Source of the DNA: a virus
Lineage: Duplodnaviria; Caudoviricetes
Direction: 5' to 3' (one strand)
Length of the DNA stretch: 64,000 nt
Virus record (IMG/VR): IMGVR_UViG_3300032232_001415
Location: 90,653-154,652 of that record
The translations under genes and the position numbers were made by a program. Shown piece by piece: positions 34,601-44,535 of the stretch; the first letter of the stretch is position 1; each line of letters starts with the position of its first letter. The notes below the pieces were generated by a model. The model saw only the letters and a program-made list of their open reading frames with translations. It was not told the DNA's origin and searched no databases.

Positions 34601-37274
34601 TGCTAGCAGAAAAGGATAGATTGTCACTTATGCCGATACTAGCACCATCAGTAGACGATATACTATTATGAGTTAAAGTTAGCAGTACATCTGGTAATCC
34701 GTCGCTAAGTGTGATGCCAGAGTTAAAGACTGGTCGATTATTAAATGTTTTGACTCCACCTACGCTTTGAGTTCCTGTTGTATAAACTAAATTAGATGGT
34801 AATAGTCCGCTCACGCCGCTACCAAAATTAGTAATATTAGAGACTGTGTGGGTATGCCCACTAATACTAACTCCAGTTCCATTGACAAACGGAAGGTCAC
34901 TAAAAGTTTTAACTCCACTAATAGTCTGATTACCACTTGTATAAACAATATTGTCTGGAAATAATGCTAGTGATCCATCACCCTTTAGGTATTGAGAAGA
35001 GGTTCCCCCTTGAGTAATGAACTTATCTGCATTAATATATTGAAAATAATCGATAGAATTAGTAGATCCACCAGTTGCAGACAACGCTACTAGTGTTGAA
35101 TTTGTTTTATCATATACGCAATTTAATATTGAATAAAATCCACTTAGTACAACTGGGGCGACATTACTTAATGCCGAAGTTAACATTTGACAGTTGGCTA
35201 AAGTAATGACACTTGAAGAGGCTGATGTGATAGCATTTGTCACAGCAGCAACTACTATAGAATCTACAAGACTTAAAGTTCCAGAAGTTAAAACTGGAGC
35301 CACAGTAACAGCGCTTTTAATAATTATATTTGCGCTAGCATTATTTACTGTTGTAAAATTTGGATTACCACCAAAAATAGCAACTAAACCTGCACCAGTA
35401 ATACTTGCGGAGCCATAGTCACATAAACGAAGAACAGTGTAGTCGGCGTTACTGCTTTTTGTAAGTGTGCCAGAAATCTCACAATTTAAAATATTTACAT
35501 TTCCTGCACCGGTTGGCGTAGCTATGGTCAGGTTTGTCATCTTTATTCCAGCAATTGTACAACCAGTATTTGTGCTTAATGTTCCAGAAATTACTATATT
35601 ACCGCCAATAAGCCCCGGACCAGTTATAGTTGTATATTGAACTGTTATTGATGGATTTTCAGTATAAGTACCGGGATGAACAATAATTGTTTTGCGTTGA
35701 GATCCTACTAAAGTTAAAGCCTTGGTAATACTAGCAACTGGATTTAATAAGTCACCATTACCAGTAGTATCATTTCCATCTATTTGGCTAACGTGGATTT
35801 CATAGTCATAACCACCATTAATTAATGGAATTCCACTAGCTGTTAATGAAGTAAAGTTACCGCTTGGTGCGCTAATGTTCCCTGTAAATATTGCTCCGCT
35901 TAAAGCGGCTTTTGATCCTAGTCCAGAAGCTACAGTTGTTGAAAAGTTAGCATCACTTCCTAGAGCTAATGCTAATTCATTTAATGTATCTAATGTGGCC
36001 GGTGCAGAATTAACTAAATTGCTAATCTCTGTTCTAACAAAAGATGTTGATGCTATTTGATTAGTGTTTGTCCCACTTGATGCAGTCGGAGTAAGTGGAA
36101 CACCGGTTAAAGTTGGGCTACTTAATGGAGCATATATACCATTAATTAACCCACTAACCGAAGTATTAAAATCTGTTATATTAGAACTAGTGTGAGTATG
36201 ACCGCTAATACTTACGCCAGTACCATTTACTTGTAAAGAATTTGTAAAATTACCACTATTACTTGTTATTAAACCAGTAACAGCAAGACCACTAGCAAAT
36301 AATCCGCTACCAATAACGTGTAATTGTCCGCTTGGTGTTGTTGTTCCAATACCAACATTTCCCTCAATAATTAAGCCATTTGTTGGAGGAGTTAAATTAT
36401 AGTTTGATCCTATTGATGCTCCGCCACTAATTGCTACTCGGCCGCTAGGAGATGGAAATCCTATCCCAAAATTTCCCCCACCATTACAAACATAAGAATA
36501 AGAATTACTATTAGCAGTACTACTCAGATTATAACGAATAGCTGCAAAATCTGTGCTTTGACCAACAATGCCTCCTCCAATATTCATTTGTCCTCTTAAA
36601 ACACTAGCGCCTTGAACATCTAATTTAAAACCATTTTGAGGAGAATTTCCTATTCCAACATTCCCAATATTATCTATTCTTACTCTTTCTACTCCGCTTG
36701 TGGATAATGCTATAGTGTTAGCGGCTGGACTAAACAATCCAGTATCAGCATCTCCAGTAAATTCAAAAGATGGATTACCAGCACTGCCAGATCCTGCTAT
36801 AAAAGATCCTGTTGAAGATACATCACCATTAAAAGTGCTAGTTCCTAATACATGGAATTTTGATGATGGAACGCCCGTTCCAATTCCAATATTTCCACCA
36901 CTAGTCATCGCAAAATCATTTTGACCAAAACGACCAGCAACTACTCGGTCATCACTAAAAACTTCAAATACCGGAAGTCCCGCATTATTATTAACACTCA
37001 TGAGTGTTCCACTCAGATTGTCTATAACGCTGAATAAACTACCGTTGGTCCCCTCAATATTTAAGAGTGTTGCACCAGAAGTAGCAGAGTACGCATGAAA
37101 GGTGGCATTGGGAGAAGATGAGTTAATAGATAGACCACTGCCACTGACAGCAACAAAGCCAGAAGGATTAACTATATTTATAGTATTACCAGATCCCTCA
37201 ATTCGGCCAACTCTCGTTGAAACCGGAAAGAAGTCTATGATTCCACTACTTGGCGTTATAATAATATCTGGCAT
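31623..37274 (-). CDS. Long fibre protein (1883 aa) with GNVGIGT and HxH repeats and a pectin-lyase-like beta-helix segment
   Basis: Many GNVGIGTxxP repeats and SGHTH repeats; three GSGxAxxPSFEFxxDxDTG units; HVSQIDGNDTTGNG...NPVASITKAL...VHPGTYTE beta-helix start. Confidence 0.85.
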   Translation of the reverse strand: MPDIIITPSSGIIDFFPVSTRVGRIEGSGNTINIVNPSGFVAVSGSGLSINSSSPNATFHAYSATSGATLLNIEGTNGSLFSVIDNLSGTLMSVNNNAGLPVFEVFSDDRVVAGRFGQNDFAMTSGGNIGIGTGVPSSKFHVLGTSTFNGDVSSTGSFIAGSGSAGNPSFEFTGDADTGLFSPAANTIALSTSGVERVRIDNIGNVGIGNSPQNGFKLDVQGASVLRGQMNIGGGIVGQSTDFAAIRYNLSSTANSNSYSYVCNGGGNFGIGFPSPSGRVAISGGASIGSNYNLTPPTNGLIIEGNVGIGTTTPSGQLHVIGSGLFASGLAVTGLITSNSGNFTNSLQVNGTGVSISGHTHTSSNITDFNTSVSGLINGIYAPLSSPTLTGVPLTPTASSGTNTNQIASTSFVRTEISNLVNSAPATLDTLNELALALGSDANFSTTVASGLGSKAALSGAIFTGNISAPSGNFTSLTASGIPLINGGYDYEIHVSQIDGNDTTGNGDLLNPVASITKALTLVGSQRKTIIVHPGTYTENPSITVQYTTITGPGLIGGNIVISGTLSTNTGCTIAGIKMTNLTIATPTGAGNVNILNCEISGTLTKSSNADYTVLRLCDYGSASITGAGLVAIFGGNPNFTTVNNASANIIIKSAVTVAPVLTSGTLSLVDSIVVAAVTNAITSASSSVITLANCQMLTSALSNVAPVVLSGFYSILNCVYDKTNSTLVALSATGGSTNSIDYFQYINADKFITQGGTSSQYLKGDGSLALFPDNIVYTSGNQTISGVKTFSDLPFVNGTGVSISGHTHTVSNITNFGSGVSGLLPSNLVYTTGTQSVGGVKTFNNRPVFNSGITLSDGLPDVLLTLTHNSISSTDGASIGISDNLSFSASNTSFNYWSAGGENVSFYDNDTTTDILRITDRISVRSPNGLVSGTYFPVWVTNPSGSAQAISSRTAAELLGDIRGYPSSNPSGYTTNVGTVTSVAALTVGTTGTDITSTVATNTTTPVITLNIPTASASNRGVLSSTDWSTFNNKQALLTNPVTGTGTGASTSGYLPQWNSTSGLINSNIYQSGSNIGIGIVNPISKLHVAGDVLATGSFIAGSGTAGNPSFEFTGDPDTGLFSPAANTLGISTSGVERLRINNVGNVGIGTTNYAFNNLSAGGEADLSINSVAWIHNALQIGPIDNGFDYTWINNGSAIFNTLGVGEKVDTPGNAVVMDTNGLVVNNGGGNGGSACQLLGDYGAIIENTLIVNSNANGNATVGIGTATPSEALDVVGNININGSIRHTFAIPDASNNIAPITWYNTINDINSVIAQIDVSTEGSPTEGMLAFHTNGGSSLQERVRITDVGNVGIGTSSPSSKLHVAGDILATGSFIGGSGTAALPSFEFVNDPDTGMFSPSANTFGISTSGVERLRIDSVGRVGIGTSSPSSTLQVSGLITANSGNFTQSLQVNGTGVSISGHSHTSSDISNFNSSVSGLLTPYQLALTNPITGIGTSGYLTRWSGSNSVSSGIIFDNGTNVGIGTASPSGRLHVLGTGLVDGRLSISPTSAVTSPLSVLHVSGSVTNNASLMISGPTVTRTYLGVGNSDTIPFFSSLNGDISASTYGWGFFDRGTDGFLNIQRKGGASSWSSVMTMDRTNGNVGIGTGVQATTPPEKLTVDGNIRLSDTATSIGNKLQFNRGGGTANDYTIGKEGNHLGISTANDGSTFRFVQFGYHSGATWTPRTVINGYTGAVGIGTTSPTSQLHVIGSGIIASGLSVSGSLNLNGSGVGLYDTSVFNLGTISGSNAINCGQDRQIQTLTLNGVATTFTTGTGWPSSSSVARETTLNIFSSGNTSITWTIVNDWYRQPDSPLPSGRHIVLLRSVGSGTMQGHYIGNKTN

Positions 37275-37297
37275 TTAGTTTTCTCCATTATTGATAT

Positions 37298-37310
37298 AGT
37301 ATTATACACC
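37298..37310 (-). promoter_or_regulatory. Candidate phage promoter motif GGTGTATAATACT
   Basis: GTGTAT core about 30 nt upstream of the 37274 start. Confidence 0.45.
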
Positions 37311-37981
37311 TATAGGTTAAAACGGCTTTTGAGAGCATTATAGTTTTGTAAAATCTCGGACGATGTCAAAACTCGATTATATATTTGTATTATTGATATT
37401 TTTCCTGACACAGGAGAGTGGTTGGTATTGGTGGAGACTGTACGATTTCCAATAATAGTTTCCTCTAAAGATCCACACCCCCCAGTATAAGTTTCTCCTG
37501 TTCCTCCACTATAAAAAAAACCATTATAAAACCAGGTTGCTGTTCTATCGAAAGCTAGTGTATGCGCAATAATCTTAATTCCAGAATTACTACTATAGGA
37601 TAAATCCACTCTGCTGCCAGAACCAGAAGGAAGATATTGATCCAAATATGCGCCAGTATTATTGGCTGAAAGATAATTTAATGTGCATCCACCACTATGT
37701 CCTTCTAAATAACTACATGATCCGCTAAAAACAACTATAATAGTTAAATTATTATCTTTATTTAATACTGTTCCAGATTTATATATACGAATGTTGGATC
37801 CCATAGATAATGATCCTCGATTTTGATTATCATAAATTGAATTGTTTAATGTAAAATTATTACTATTATTACTAAGATCATACCAAGTATTTCCAATGCC
37901 AGGATAGCTTTTAGAGTTACCAGCATCTAAGTAGCAAACTAATCCATCTGCAACTATTCTTGGACCATTACTATAACTCAT
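37310..37981 (-). CDS. LamG-like lectin virion protein
   Basis: GPRIVADGLVCYLDAGNSKSYPG...IYNRVLTSSEILQNYNALKSRF; paralogue of 39533..40228. Confidence 0.85.
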   Translation of the reverse strand: MSYSNGPRIVADGLVCYLDAGNSKSYPGIGNTWYDLSNNSNNFTLNNSIYDNQNRGSLSMGSNIRIYKSGTVLNKDNNLTIIVVFSGSCSYLEGHSGGCTLNYLSANNTGAYLDQYLPSGSGSRVDLSYSSNSGIKIIAHTLAFDRTATWFYNGFFYSGGTGETYTGGCGSLEETIIGNRTVSTNTNHSPVSGKISIIQIYNRVLTSSEILQNYNALKSRFNL

Positions 37982-38160
37982 AAAATTTCCTGTATAGATA
38001 TTATTTCTTTTAATTGATATGATGCTGATAATTGTTCTATTGCTGAGCTTAAATCTTCAGCCTGAATGATAGTAATTAAACTAATATCAACAATATCTTC
38101 TTGTATATTTGATGGATTTTCTTTATCATTTATTATACAATTAATTTCAAAAGTTTTCAT
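37978..38160 (-). CDS. Small hypothetical protein
   Basis: 60 aa, ATGA-coupled on both sides. Confidence 0.65.
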   Translation of the reverse strand: MKTFEINCIINDKENPSNIQEDIVDISLITIIQAEDLSSAIEQLSASYQLKEIISIQEIL

Positions 38161-39533
38161 AGCGTGGTTAACCTGATTAATTGGTTAGAATTAAAATATG
38201 TTGGAACGTAAAATAATTTTTTATAACAAGCAACTCCACCCAAATAGAAAGTATTAAATTTTTGAGGAACTAAGTTAGTAGCAGATGTTCCGGTGCTACC
38301 ATTCATAGCTGCCATAATTGGAGCATATTGTCTATTAGTAATGATCATTTTATTATTAGTTGCTGATACCTGCGCAGGAGATCCTATATTAAAGTCATAT
38401 GCACTTTGTGCTGGAGGTCTATACAGATATTGGACATATGCATAAGTATTTTGAAAAGTATTAATTCTCATACTAGCACTATTACTGGTGCTGTATTTTG
38501 ACGTTGCCCCAAGATTAATAATAGTACCTGCAATTGTTCCTATAAAAAAATACGGAGTAGTAAATTCAGCATATATTGAAAAAGAATCAGCACTATAGCC
38601 CGCTAACAAATTATTTTCTGTTGCGTCACTATTAGACACATAACACGTTTCAACCCCACAAGAAGCTGAACTTCCAGTAGTTTTGATATAATTAGCAAAA
38701 CAATAATGATAATTAAAACTAACTAATATGGTATCAACCATAGCTCCCCATATTAATATTCCATCATTAGTATTAGTTAAACTAATAGAGGACGCTGATG
38801 ATGAAGGAATAAAGCTAATAGTATAATTAGCAGAACTGACTGTGATACTATCTTCAACGCTTAAAATACATCTATACCATCCATTGCCCATATTGCAAAT
38901 ATGCTTATATAAAAACTGTAAACCATTTTGATTAACTGCTGATGGATAGTGTGATCCCAAACCATTAGTATTATTTCCTAGGGCTCCTGTTGATAAATTA
39001 TAATAACAATCAACGGTAGTGGTTCCATTATCAATTTTAATATTTAAGTGCTGGCATTCTGAAACTTTGGCCATAATGCTAACTGTTAGTTGTCTTTTGA
39101 GAGATGTACTAGCATTGCCAGCAGAAGTTAAAGAGTAATTGATATTTCCACCAGCAGCAGATAAACTTATTTTAGATCCATTAGTTACTCCATCAGGAGA
39201 AAGAGTAGATGTGGAACTTATACTAGAATTTGTTTTAGTCCAAACTGCTTGAGAAAAATCTTCACTATAATTAAAATAATTATAAGAAGTTCTTTGGGAA
39301 TCTACATATAATCCCCTATATTGTAAAACTCCGCTACTATCATATTCATATGTGAATCTTGGTTCGTTAGCTGCTGCTGTTTTAATATATCCATCGCTGC
39401 CAATGTATGTTCCAGATGTGCTTCGACTAAAAGCTATAGGTCCGCCAATACTTCCATTAGTAGGATTGAGACTTTTTTGAGTTACAAAATCTCTATAAAA
39501 AGTAGCTTTAGTATTTCCATAATGAGTAGCCAT
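38157..39533 (-). CDS. Virion spike/fibre-associated carbohydrate-binding protein
   Basis: FSRSTSGTYIGSDG...NEPRF...YSEDFSQAVW...GNGWYRC...IWGA motifs common in phage spike/fibre CBM-like proteins. Confidence 0.65.
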   Translation of the reverse strand: MATHYGNTKATFYRDFVTQKSLNPTNGSIGGPIAFSRSTSGTYIGSDGYIKTAAANEPRFTYEYDSSGVLQYRGLYVDSQRTSYNYFNYSEDFSQAVWTKTNSSISSTSTLSPDGVTNGSKISLSAAGGNINYSLTSAGNASTSLKRQLTVSIMAKVSECQHLNIKIDNGTTTVDCYYNLSTGALGNNTNGLGSHYPSAVNQNGLQFLYKHICNMGNGWYRCILSVEDSITVSSANYTISFIPSSSASSISLTNTNDGILIWGAMVDTILVSFNYHYCFANYIKTTGSSASCGVETCYVSNSDATENNLLAGYSADSFSIYAEFTTPYFFIGTIAGTIINLGATSKYSTSNSASMRINTFQNTYAYVQYLYRPPAQSAYDFNIGSPAQVSATNNKMIITNRQYAPIMAAMNGSTGTSATNLVPQKFNTFYLGGVACYKKLFYVPTYFNSNQLIRLTTL

Positions 39534-40228
39534 TATAATCCAAACCTTCCTTTAAGAGCATTATAATTAGTTAAATACTCAGCATCAGATAATCCTCTAT
39601 TATAAACAGCAAAATATGCTAATCTGCCACTCCAGCCATAACCTTCATCAGCTGGATTAATTAAAACTGGATTACTATCTAAATTGATGTTGGCGGCAGC
39701 AGTGCTTGTTGTAGTTCCTACAATTCCATTATACAGTATAGCTCTGGTAGCAACGGTGCTTCTTAAGCCTACCATATTCCATATATTACTATCGCTCACA
39801 TTAGAGTTTGTATATGATATTCTATGCTCTGCATTACAACATGCTCCTTGATCAAAATATATTGTGTCGTTGGTCCAACCGGGATGACAAAATATACCTC
39901 TTGTTGAGCCACCTGTCGAGCCTTTGAACTTAAACCCAGCATTACCACCAAGAGTAGTAGTCTGAAAGATAAAAAAAATAGTATATCCGCTAGTATTATT
40001 TATGCCAAAACTGTTCGAGGCCGGACCTGTTGCTCTTCTATATGTTGAACTAGTGAACATATTAAAATACCCATTAGTCCAATCAACACTATCCCATGTA
40101 AAATTCTTTTCATTACCACTAATATCAAACCATGATGTTCCTGATCCTGGGTAACTTTTACTATTGCCAGCATCAAGAAGACAAGTTAATCCATCAGTAA
40201 CTATATCTGGCCCACCATATATGCTCAT
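39533..40228 (-). CDS. LamG-like lectin virion protein
   Basis: GPDIVTDGLTCLLDAGNSKSYPGSG...VYNRGLSDAEYLTNYNALKGRFGL. Confidence 0.85.
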   Translation of the reverse strand: MSIYGGPDIVTDGLTCLLDAGNSKSYPGSGTSWFDISGNEKNFTWDSVDWTNGYFNMFTSSTYRRATGPASNSFGINNTSGYTIFFIFQTTTLGGNAGFKFKGSTGGSTRGIFCHPGWTNDTIYFDQGACCNAEHRISYTNSNVSDSNIWNMVGLRSTVATRAILYNGIVGTTTSTAAANINLDSNPVLINPADEGYGWSGRLAYFAVYNRGLSDAEYLTNYNALKGRFGL

Positions 40229-40231
40229 AAT

Positions 40232-41731
40232 CTAGTTCCTTTTTTCAACAACTAGATTGTCCACATCTTTGCGTACTCCACTTAATGTCCAGAAGAATTC
40301 TAACTCTCCAAGACTTTTTGATCGATCAGCTTTAACAATAAATCGGTCATTCTTCAAATCAATCTTATCAACATAAATAATTTTACCATGTTTAATATTG
40401 GTAATTTGAATATTTAAAGTAGTATCATCGTGGATCAGATCTTTTAAATAAACTGGCAGGGATACGATCCCAACGCCTTTAATCACCTTGTCTCGTCCTG
40501 TTAATCTTATTCCATGATACGGACTTTCTAAACTTCCATATTCTAGATTCCATCCTGATTTGCTAGGATGATCAATTCGGAAACTCTTGGTGGTAGCACC
40601 AAAACTACCGGCTACTTGCAGCTTATATCCTGGAGCTGCTGTACCTATTCCAACATTTCCGCTGGGATCTATTACTAATCTATCCGTAAAAGTATTGGCA
40701 GCTTCGATTGTGCTGATGTTTGATTGGGCAATAGCAAATGAGGACCCCGAACCATAAGTAAATTTGCCAGTAAAGCCAGTCTTCTTAGTCATTCCTATTC
40801 TTCTGGCGCCAGCATCAAAACTTAAATAACTATCATCACTATTGCCATTAAAAGATCCAGCAATATAAATAACGGTCGAAGATTCAGATAGTATGCTATC
40901 AGTTAATGCGCTAGCTGAACTCCATTTTGATATTTTACCACTTGTTCCAGTTCCAGTAACTGGATTAGTAAGCGTATTTTGCTTACTATTAATTTGTGTT
41001 TGAATAGAGCTAGTAACATCTTTAACATAACTTAATTCTATGAGGGATGGATAGGTTCCTATTGATAGAGATACTATATTTTTATTAGCATCAAAACTAG
41101 CTATTGTACTGGCTGTTTGATTACTTATATTTAATCCACTGGTAAATAATCCACTTCCTACTACATGGAGTTGACTGGATGGGATACTAGTTCCTATACC
41201 AACATTTCCACCCATAAAAACCGCAGCATAGTTTCCTAGGATTGTTCCAGTAACTAATGTGTTTGCATTAACATAAAGACCATAACTATTAGTAGTACCA
41301 TATTGACCACTACTAGATGGAGATATTAATAAACCGTATGTATTATTAAGATTACTACTATTAGTAAGAAAAGTTGGATTCACATATAATGATGTATGAT
41401 TTTGACCATTTGCGCTTTGAGAAGCATGAGAATTTGATACTATTATTCCAGTAGTACCAACAGTATTTCCTTGTAAAAGACCAGCAACATGCAACGCTCC
41501 ACTTGGAGTTGTTGTTCCTATCCCAATACTATTACTAAATAATCCACTAGATGGAGTTATACTAGTTCCACTAATACTAGTAATTCCAAGATTAATTATA
41601 GAGTTGCTACTATTTTTAGTATATAATTTACCATCACCTATATTTATTCCTAATTCACCTTGGGCTAATCCAGTTACTAATGGAACATTACCAGGAGTAC
41701 TACTCCTTTTATGCTGTATAATATTAGGCAT
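40232..41731 (-). CDS. Fibre protein with Mtd_N-like N-terminus and conserved C-terminal KxFxIxHP domain
   Basis: IQHKRS...LAQGELGINIGDGKLY N-terminus; GNVGIGT repeats; KSFRIDHP...YGSLESP C-terminus. Confidence 0.8.
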   Translation of the reverse strand: MPNIIQHKRSSTPGNVPLVTGLAQGELGINIGDGKLYTKNSSNSIINLGITSISGTSITPSSGLFSNSIGIGTTTPSGALHVAGLLQGNTVGTTGIIVSNSHASQSANGQNHTSLYVNPTFLTNSSNLNNTYGLLISPSSSGQYGTTNSYGLYVNANTLVTGTILGNYAAVFMGGNVGIGTSIPSSQLHVVGSGLFTSGLNISNQTASTIASFDANKNIVSLSIGTYPSLIELSYVKDVTSSIQTQINSKQNTLTNPVTGTGTSGKISKWSSASALTDSILSESSTVIYIAGSFNGNSDDSYLSFDAGARRIGMTKKTGFTGKFTYGSGSSFAIAQSNISTIEAANTFTDRLVIDPSGNVGIGTAAPGYKLQVAGSFGATTKSFRIDHPSKSGWNLEYGSLESPYHGIRLTGRDKVIKGVGIVSLPVYLKDLIHDDTTLNIQITNIKHGKIIYVDKIDLKNDRFIVKADRSKSLGELEFFWTLSGVRKDVDNLVVEKRN

Positions 41732-41751
41732 ATATTTATATTCCTATAAAA

Positions 41752-44217
41752 TCAAAAACTTCCACCATCCCACGTACAGTTACCAGCATCAGTACAAATA
41801 GTAGCTGCTGTAACAACCCTAGACCCATTATCATATAAATTAGTAGCATAAAAATAAGCACTAACATTGAGCCTGCCAGAACCGCTGGGATTATCACTAG
41901 TATTATAAAATCTAGGACTAGCACTAGCAGCTTGATTAGTAGCATACGGAGCATATGTTATCTGAGTACCGGTATTTGATCCGTCTAAAATATCATCAGC
42001 TGCTGTTGCAGTATTCGTATCAGTGGATGCTATAGTTATAGAACCATTACCATTAGTGATAGTAACATTACTACCTTGTGTCAATGTGGCTTTAGTTAAA
42101 GTATTACCAGTACTATTGCCTATTAATAATTGACCATCTGTAAATGAGGTCTGATTAGTTCCTCCATTAGCTACAGGTAGTGTTCCACTAACATGAGTTG
42201 TTAAACCAACCTTGCCCCATAAAGGAGCGGTTGTAACTCCACCGGCTAATAATACATTACCAGTAGCGACACTAGTTAATTTAGCTAAACTAGTTGTGGT
42301 ATCAGCATATAATATATCTCCAACAGCATATGAACTTTGGCCAGTTCCTCCTTTATTAGCAGCAATAGAAGTGCCACTCCATGACCCAGTTGATATTGTG
42401 CCAAGCGTAGTAATATTTGTACTTCCTGCCCATGTGCTAATAGCTGTATTTTCCACATTATTAATAGATAAATCGGTTCTTAATTCACCAGAGGAGCGAG
42501 TAGTTATAGTATTATCAGCATTTATTCTAGGAAAAGATATTGCGCTAGGATTTGTTAATGTAAAGAAATTACTTCCAACAGTAGTTGCTCCTAATGATGT
42601 TCTATAAGTAGAGGCACTTTCTGTGGATACTGTATTATCTGTATTTATTTTTGGAAAAGTAATCGCCGAAGGATTGGTTAGGTTAATAAGATTTCCACCA
42701 ACAGTTGTTGGCACAAAAGATGAATTTTGGATTAGTTTACCAGTAGTTCCATTAAATACCGCTAAAGCATTAGTTGTGGACGAAGCTGGCCCAACAACGG
42801 CCCCGTCAATATTAGTTTGAACAACGGTCCATGTGCTATTAACATTGCCAGCAGCATCAGTTACTGCTATAATTAAATCTCCAATTTCAGAAACAACACC
42901 AGCATAGATTCCAGTTGTAATTACGCGATATGACCAACCGGCACTAACAGTTCCTGTTGGTAATGCCGTTACTGTGCCTCCAGAACCAAGAGTACCTTTA
43001 AATACCATTGCGTCATTGGTTGAGAAACCACTAGTTATAGCACTATCAACATAGGTTTTAACAGCATCTGCTCTTGGTAACGCCCCAGCACCACCAGTTA
43101 ATGTTGTTTCAACGCTATAGCCTGTTCCAAGAGCGTCACCGGTCGTTACTGACCAAGTTGGTATGTTTCCGATAGTGGTAGAACTTGTTTTAGCTATTTT
43201 ATTATTAAGTTGTGTTTGTACTGCACTAGTAACTCCCTTGACATAACCAAGTTCTGTCAGTGATGGATAAGTACCGGTACTCAAACTAACAACATTTTTA
43301 TTAGCATCAAAACTAGCAATTGTACTAGCAGTTTGATTAGAAATTAATATATTACCACTAGATGTTACGTTGTCGTTTAAAACTATAGAACCACTTGAAA
43401 GTACTAATTGATTTTTATTAGTTTCATTATTCTTAACAATAAAAAAAGTTGAGAAACCGTCAGCTCCATAATTGTTAACTATATCAGTATAACTATTTAT
43501 TGTAAGGTAATCTGAGTTAGTTAAACTTAGAGAATTGCCATTAGAATTTAGCTCTAAATTAGTACCATTTTCGGATTGTATAAAATTTGTTGTAATACCA
43601 CTACTAAAAATTGGTCGATTGCTAAATGTTTTAACTCCATTAATACTTTGGTTACCAGTTGTATAAACACCATTAGTTACTGTGCCAGCATTTCCAGTAA
43701 CGCTTATATTCCATGTTCCAGTAGCATTAGTTCCACCCACAGATGGAGATCCAATACTATTGTATGAAATTGTTTTTGCTGAACTTCCATTAAATGTTGA
43801 TCCGCTACTATCTCCTGCCCCACCATTATTAATAGTTAAAGAGTTAGTAACACTACCAGCGCTTCCTGTTGTATTTTGATTAAGAGTAGGTACATCAGAA
43901 GCTATAATATTCCCCATTAGAACATTAGTTCCATTACCTCTCATAAAATACCCAGATGTAACAGTATTACTAGCTAAATTATTTCTTGCGGTTTGAAGAT
44001 TATTTAAATCTGATAAGTTATAAGTTTTAGCTAAATATGATCCACTTCCGGCGATAGGGATAACCTGGGTGGCTGTTCCTCCCGCACCGCCAGTACCATA
44101 TCCATAATAAAGAATATTATCTCCTTCGTTGTATGCTAATTCAGCATTTGCTAATCCTGATGGTGCTCCAGCACCAATACCAGATGCACGACGTTTAATT
44201 CTTATTGTATTAGCCAT
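41752..44217 (-). CDS. Fibre protein (821 aa)
   Basis: IRIKRR...LANAELAYNE N-terminus; GGTGQ/GGTNQ fibre repeats; C-terminal DGGSF. Confidence 0.8.
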   Translation of the reverse strand: MANTIRIKRRASGIGAGAPSGLANAELAYNEGDNILYYGYGTGGAGGTATQVIPIAGSGSYLAKTYNLSDLNNLQTARNNLASNTVTSGYFMRGNGTNVLMGNIIASDVPTLNQNTTGSAGSVTNSLTINNGGAGDSSGSTFNGSSAKTISYNSIGSPSVGGTNATGTWNISVTGNAGTVTNGVYTTGNQSINGVKTFSNRPIFSSGITTNFIQSENGTNLELNSNGNSLSLTNSDYLTINSYTDIVNNYGADGFSTFFIVKNNETNKNQLVLSSGSIVLNDNVTSSGNILISNQTASTIASFDANKNVVSLSTGTYPSLTELGYVKGVTSAVQTQLNNKIAKTSSTTIGNIPTWSVTTGDALGTGYSVETTLTGGAGALPRADAVKTYVDSAITSGFSTNDAMVFKGTLGSGGTVTALPTGTVSAGWSYRVITTGIYAGVVSEIGDLIIAVTDAAGNVNSTWTVVQTNIDGAVVGPASSTTNALAVFNGTTGKLIQNSSFVPTTVGGNLINLTNPSAITFPKINTDNTVSTESASTYRTSLGATTVGSNFFTLTNPSAISFPRINADNTITTRSSGELRTDLSINNVENTAISTWAGSTNITTLGTISTGSWSGTSIAANKGGTGQSSYAVGDILYADTTTSLAKLTSVATGNVLLAGGVTTAPLWGKVGLTTHVSGTLPVANGGTNQTSFTDGQLLIGNSTGNTLTKATLTQGSNVTITNGNGSITIASTDTNTATAADDILDGSNTGTQITYAPYATNQAASASPRFYNTSDNPSGSGRLNVSAYFYATNLYDNGSRVVTAATICTDAGNCTWDGGSF

Positions 44218-44252
44218 TATAAGTCTCTTTTAGTTAAATGAAGGAAGATATG

Positions 44253-44266
44253 AAATTATATACACT
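44253..44266 (-). promoter_or_regulatory. Candidate phage promoter motif AGTGTATATAATTT
   Basis: GTGTAT core about 43 nt upstream of the 44217 start. Confidence 0.45.
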
Positions 44267-44267
44267 T

Positions 44268-44534
44268 TTAGCAATTGCCCCCGTCAACGATATCTATATT
44301 ATCTAATACCTTATTATTTGATACGAATAAGGATCCGCTATTAGGCACAGAAACGGTTCCACTAGGATATATACGTAAAATACTACTATTTAAAGAACTT
44401 TTAAAGTTTAAACTATTATCATCCAAAGTTTCAATAGTTATAGGAATATTACCAGAACCGGTAAATTCTATTCTAGGATATCCAGAAGTGCCAGTTTCTG
44501 GAAAAATACCAATTTTTTTATCACTATTAGCCAT
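44268..44534 (-). CDS. Small fibre-associated adaptor-like protein
   Basis: 88 aa; N-terminus resembles fibre N-termini; ends VDGGNC. Confidence 0.65.
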   Translation of the reverse strand: MANSDKKIGIFPETGTSGYPRIEFTGSGNIPITIETLDDNSLNFKSSLNSSILRIYPSGTVSVPNSGSLFVSNNKVLDNIDIVDGGNC

Positions 44535-44535
44535 A

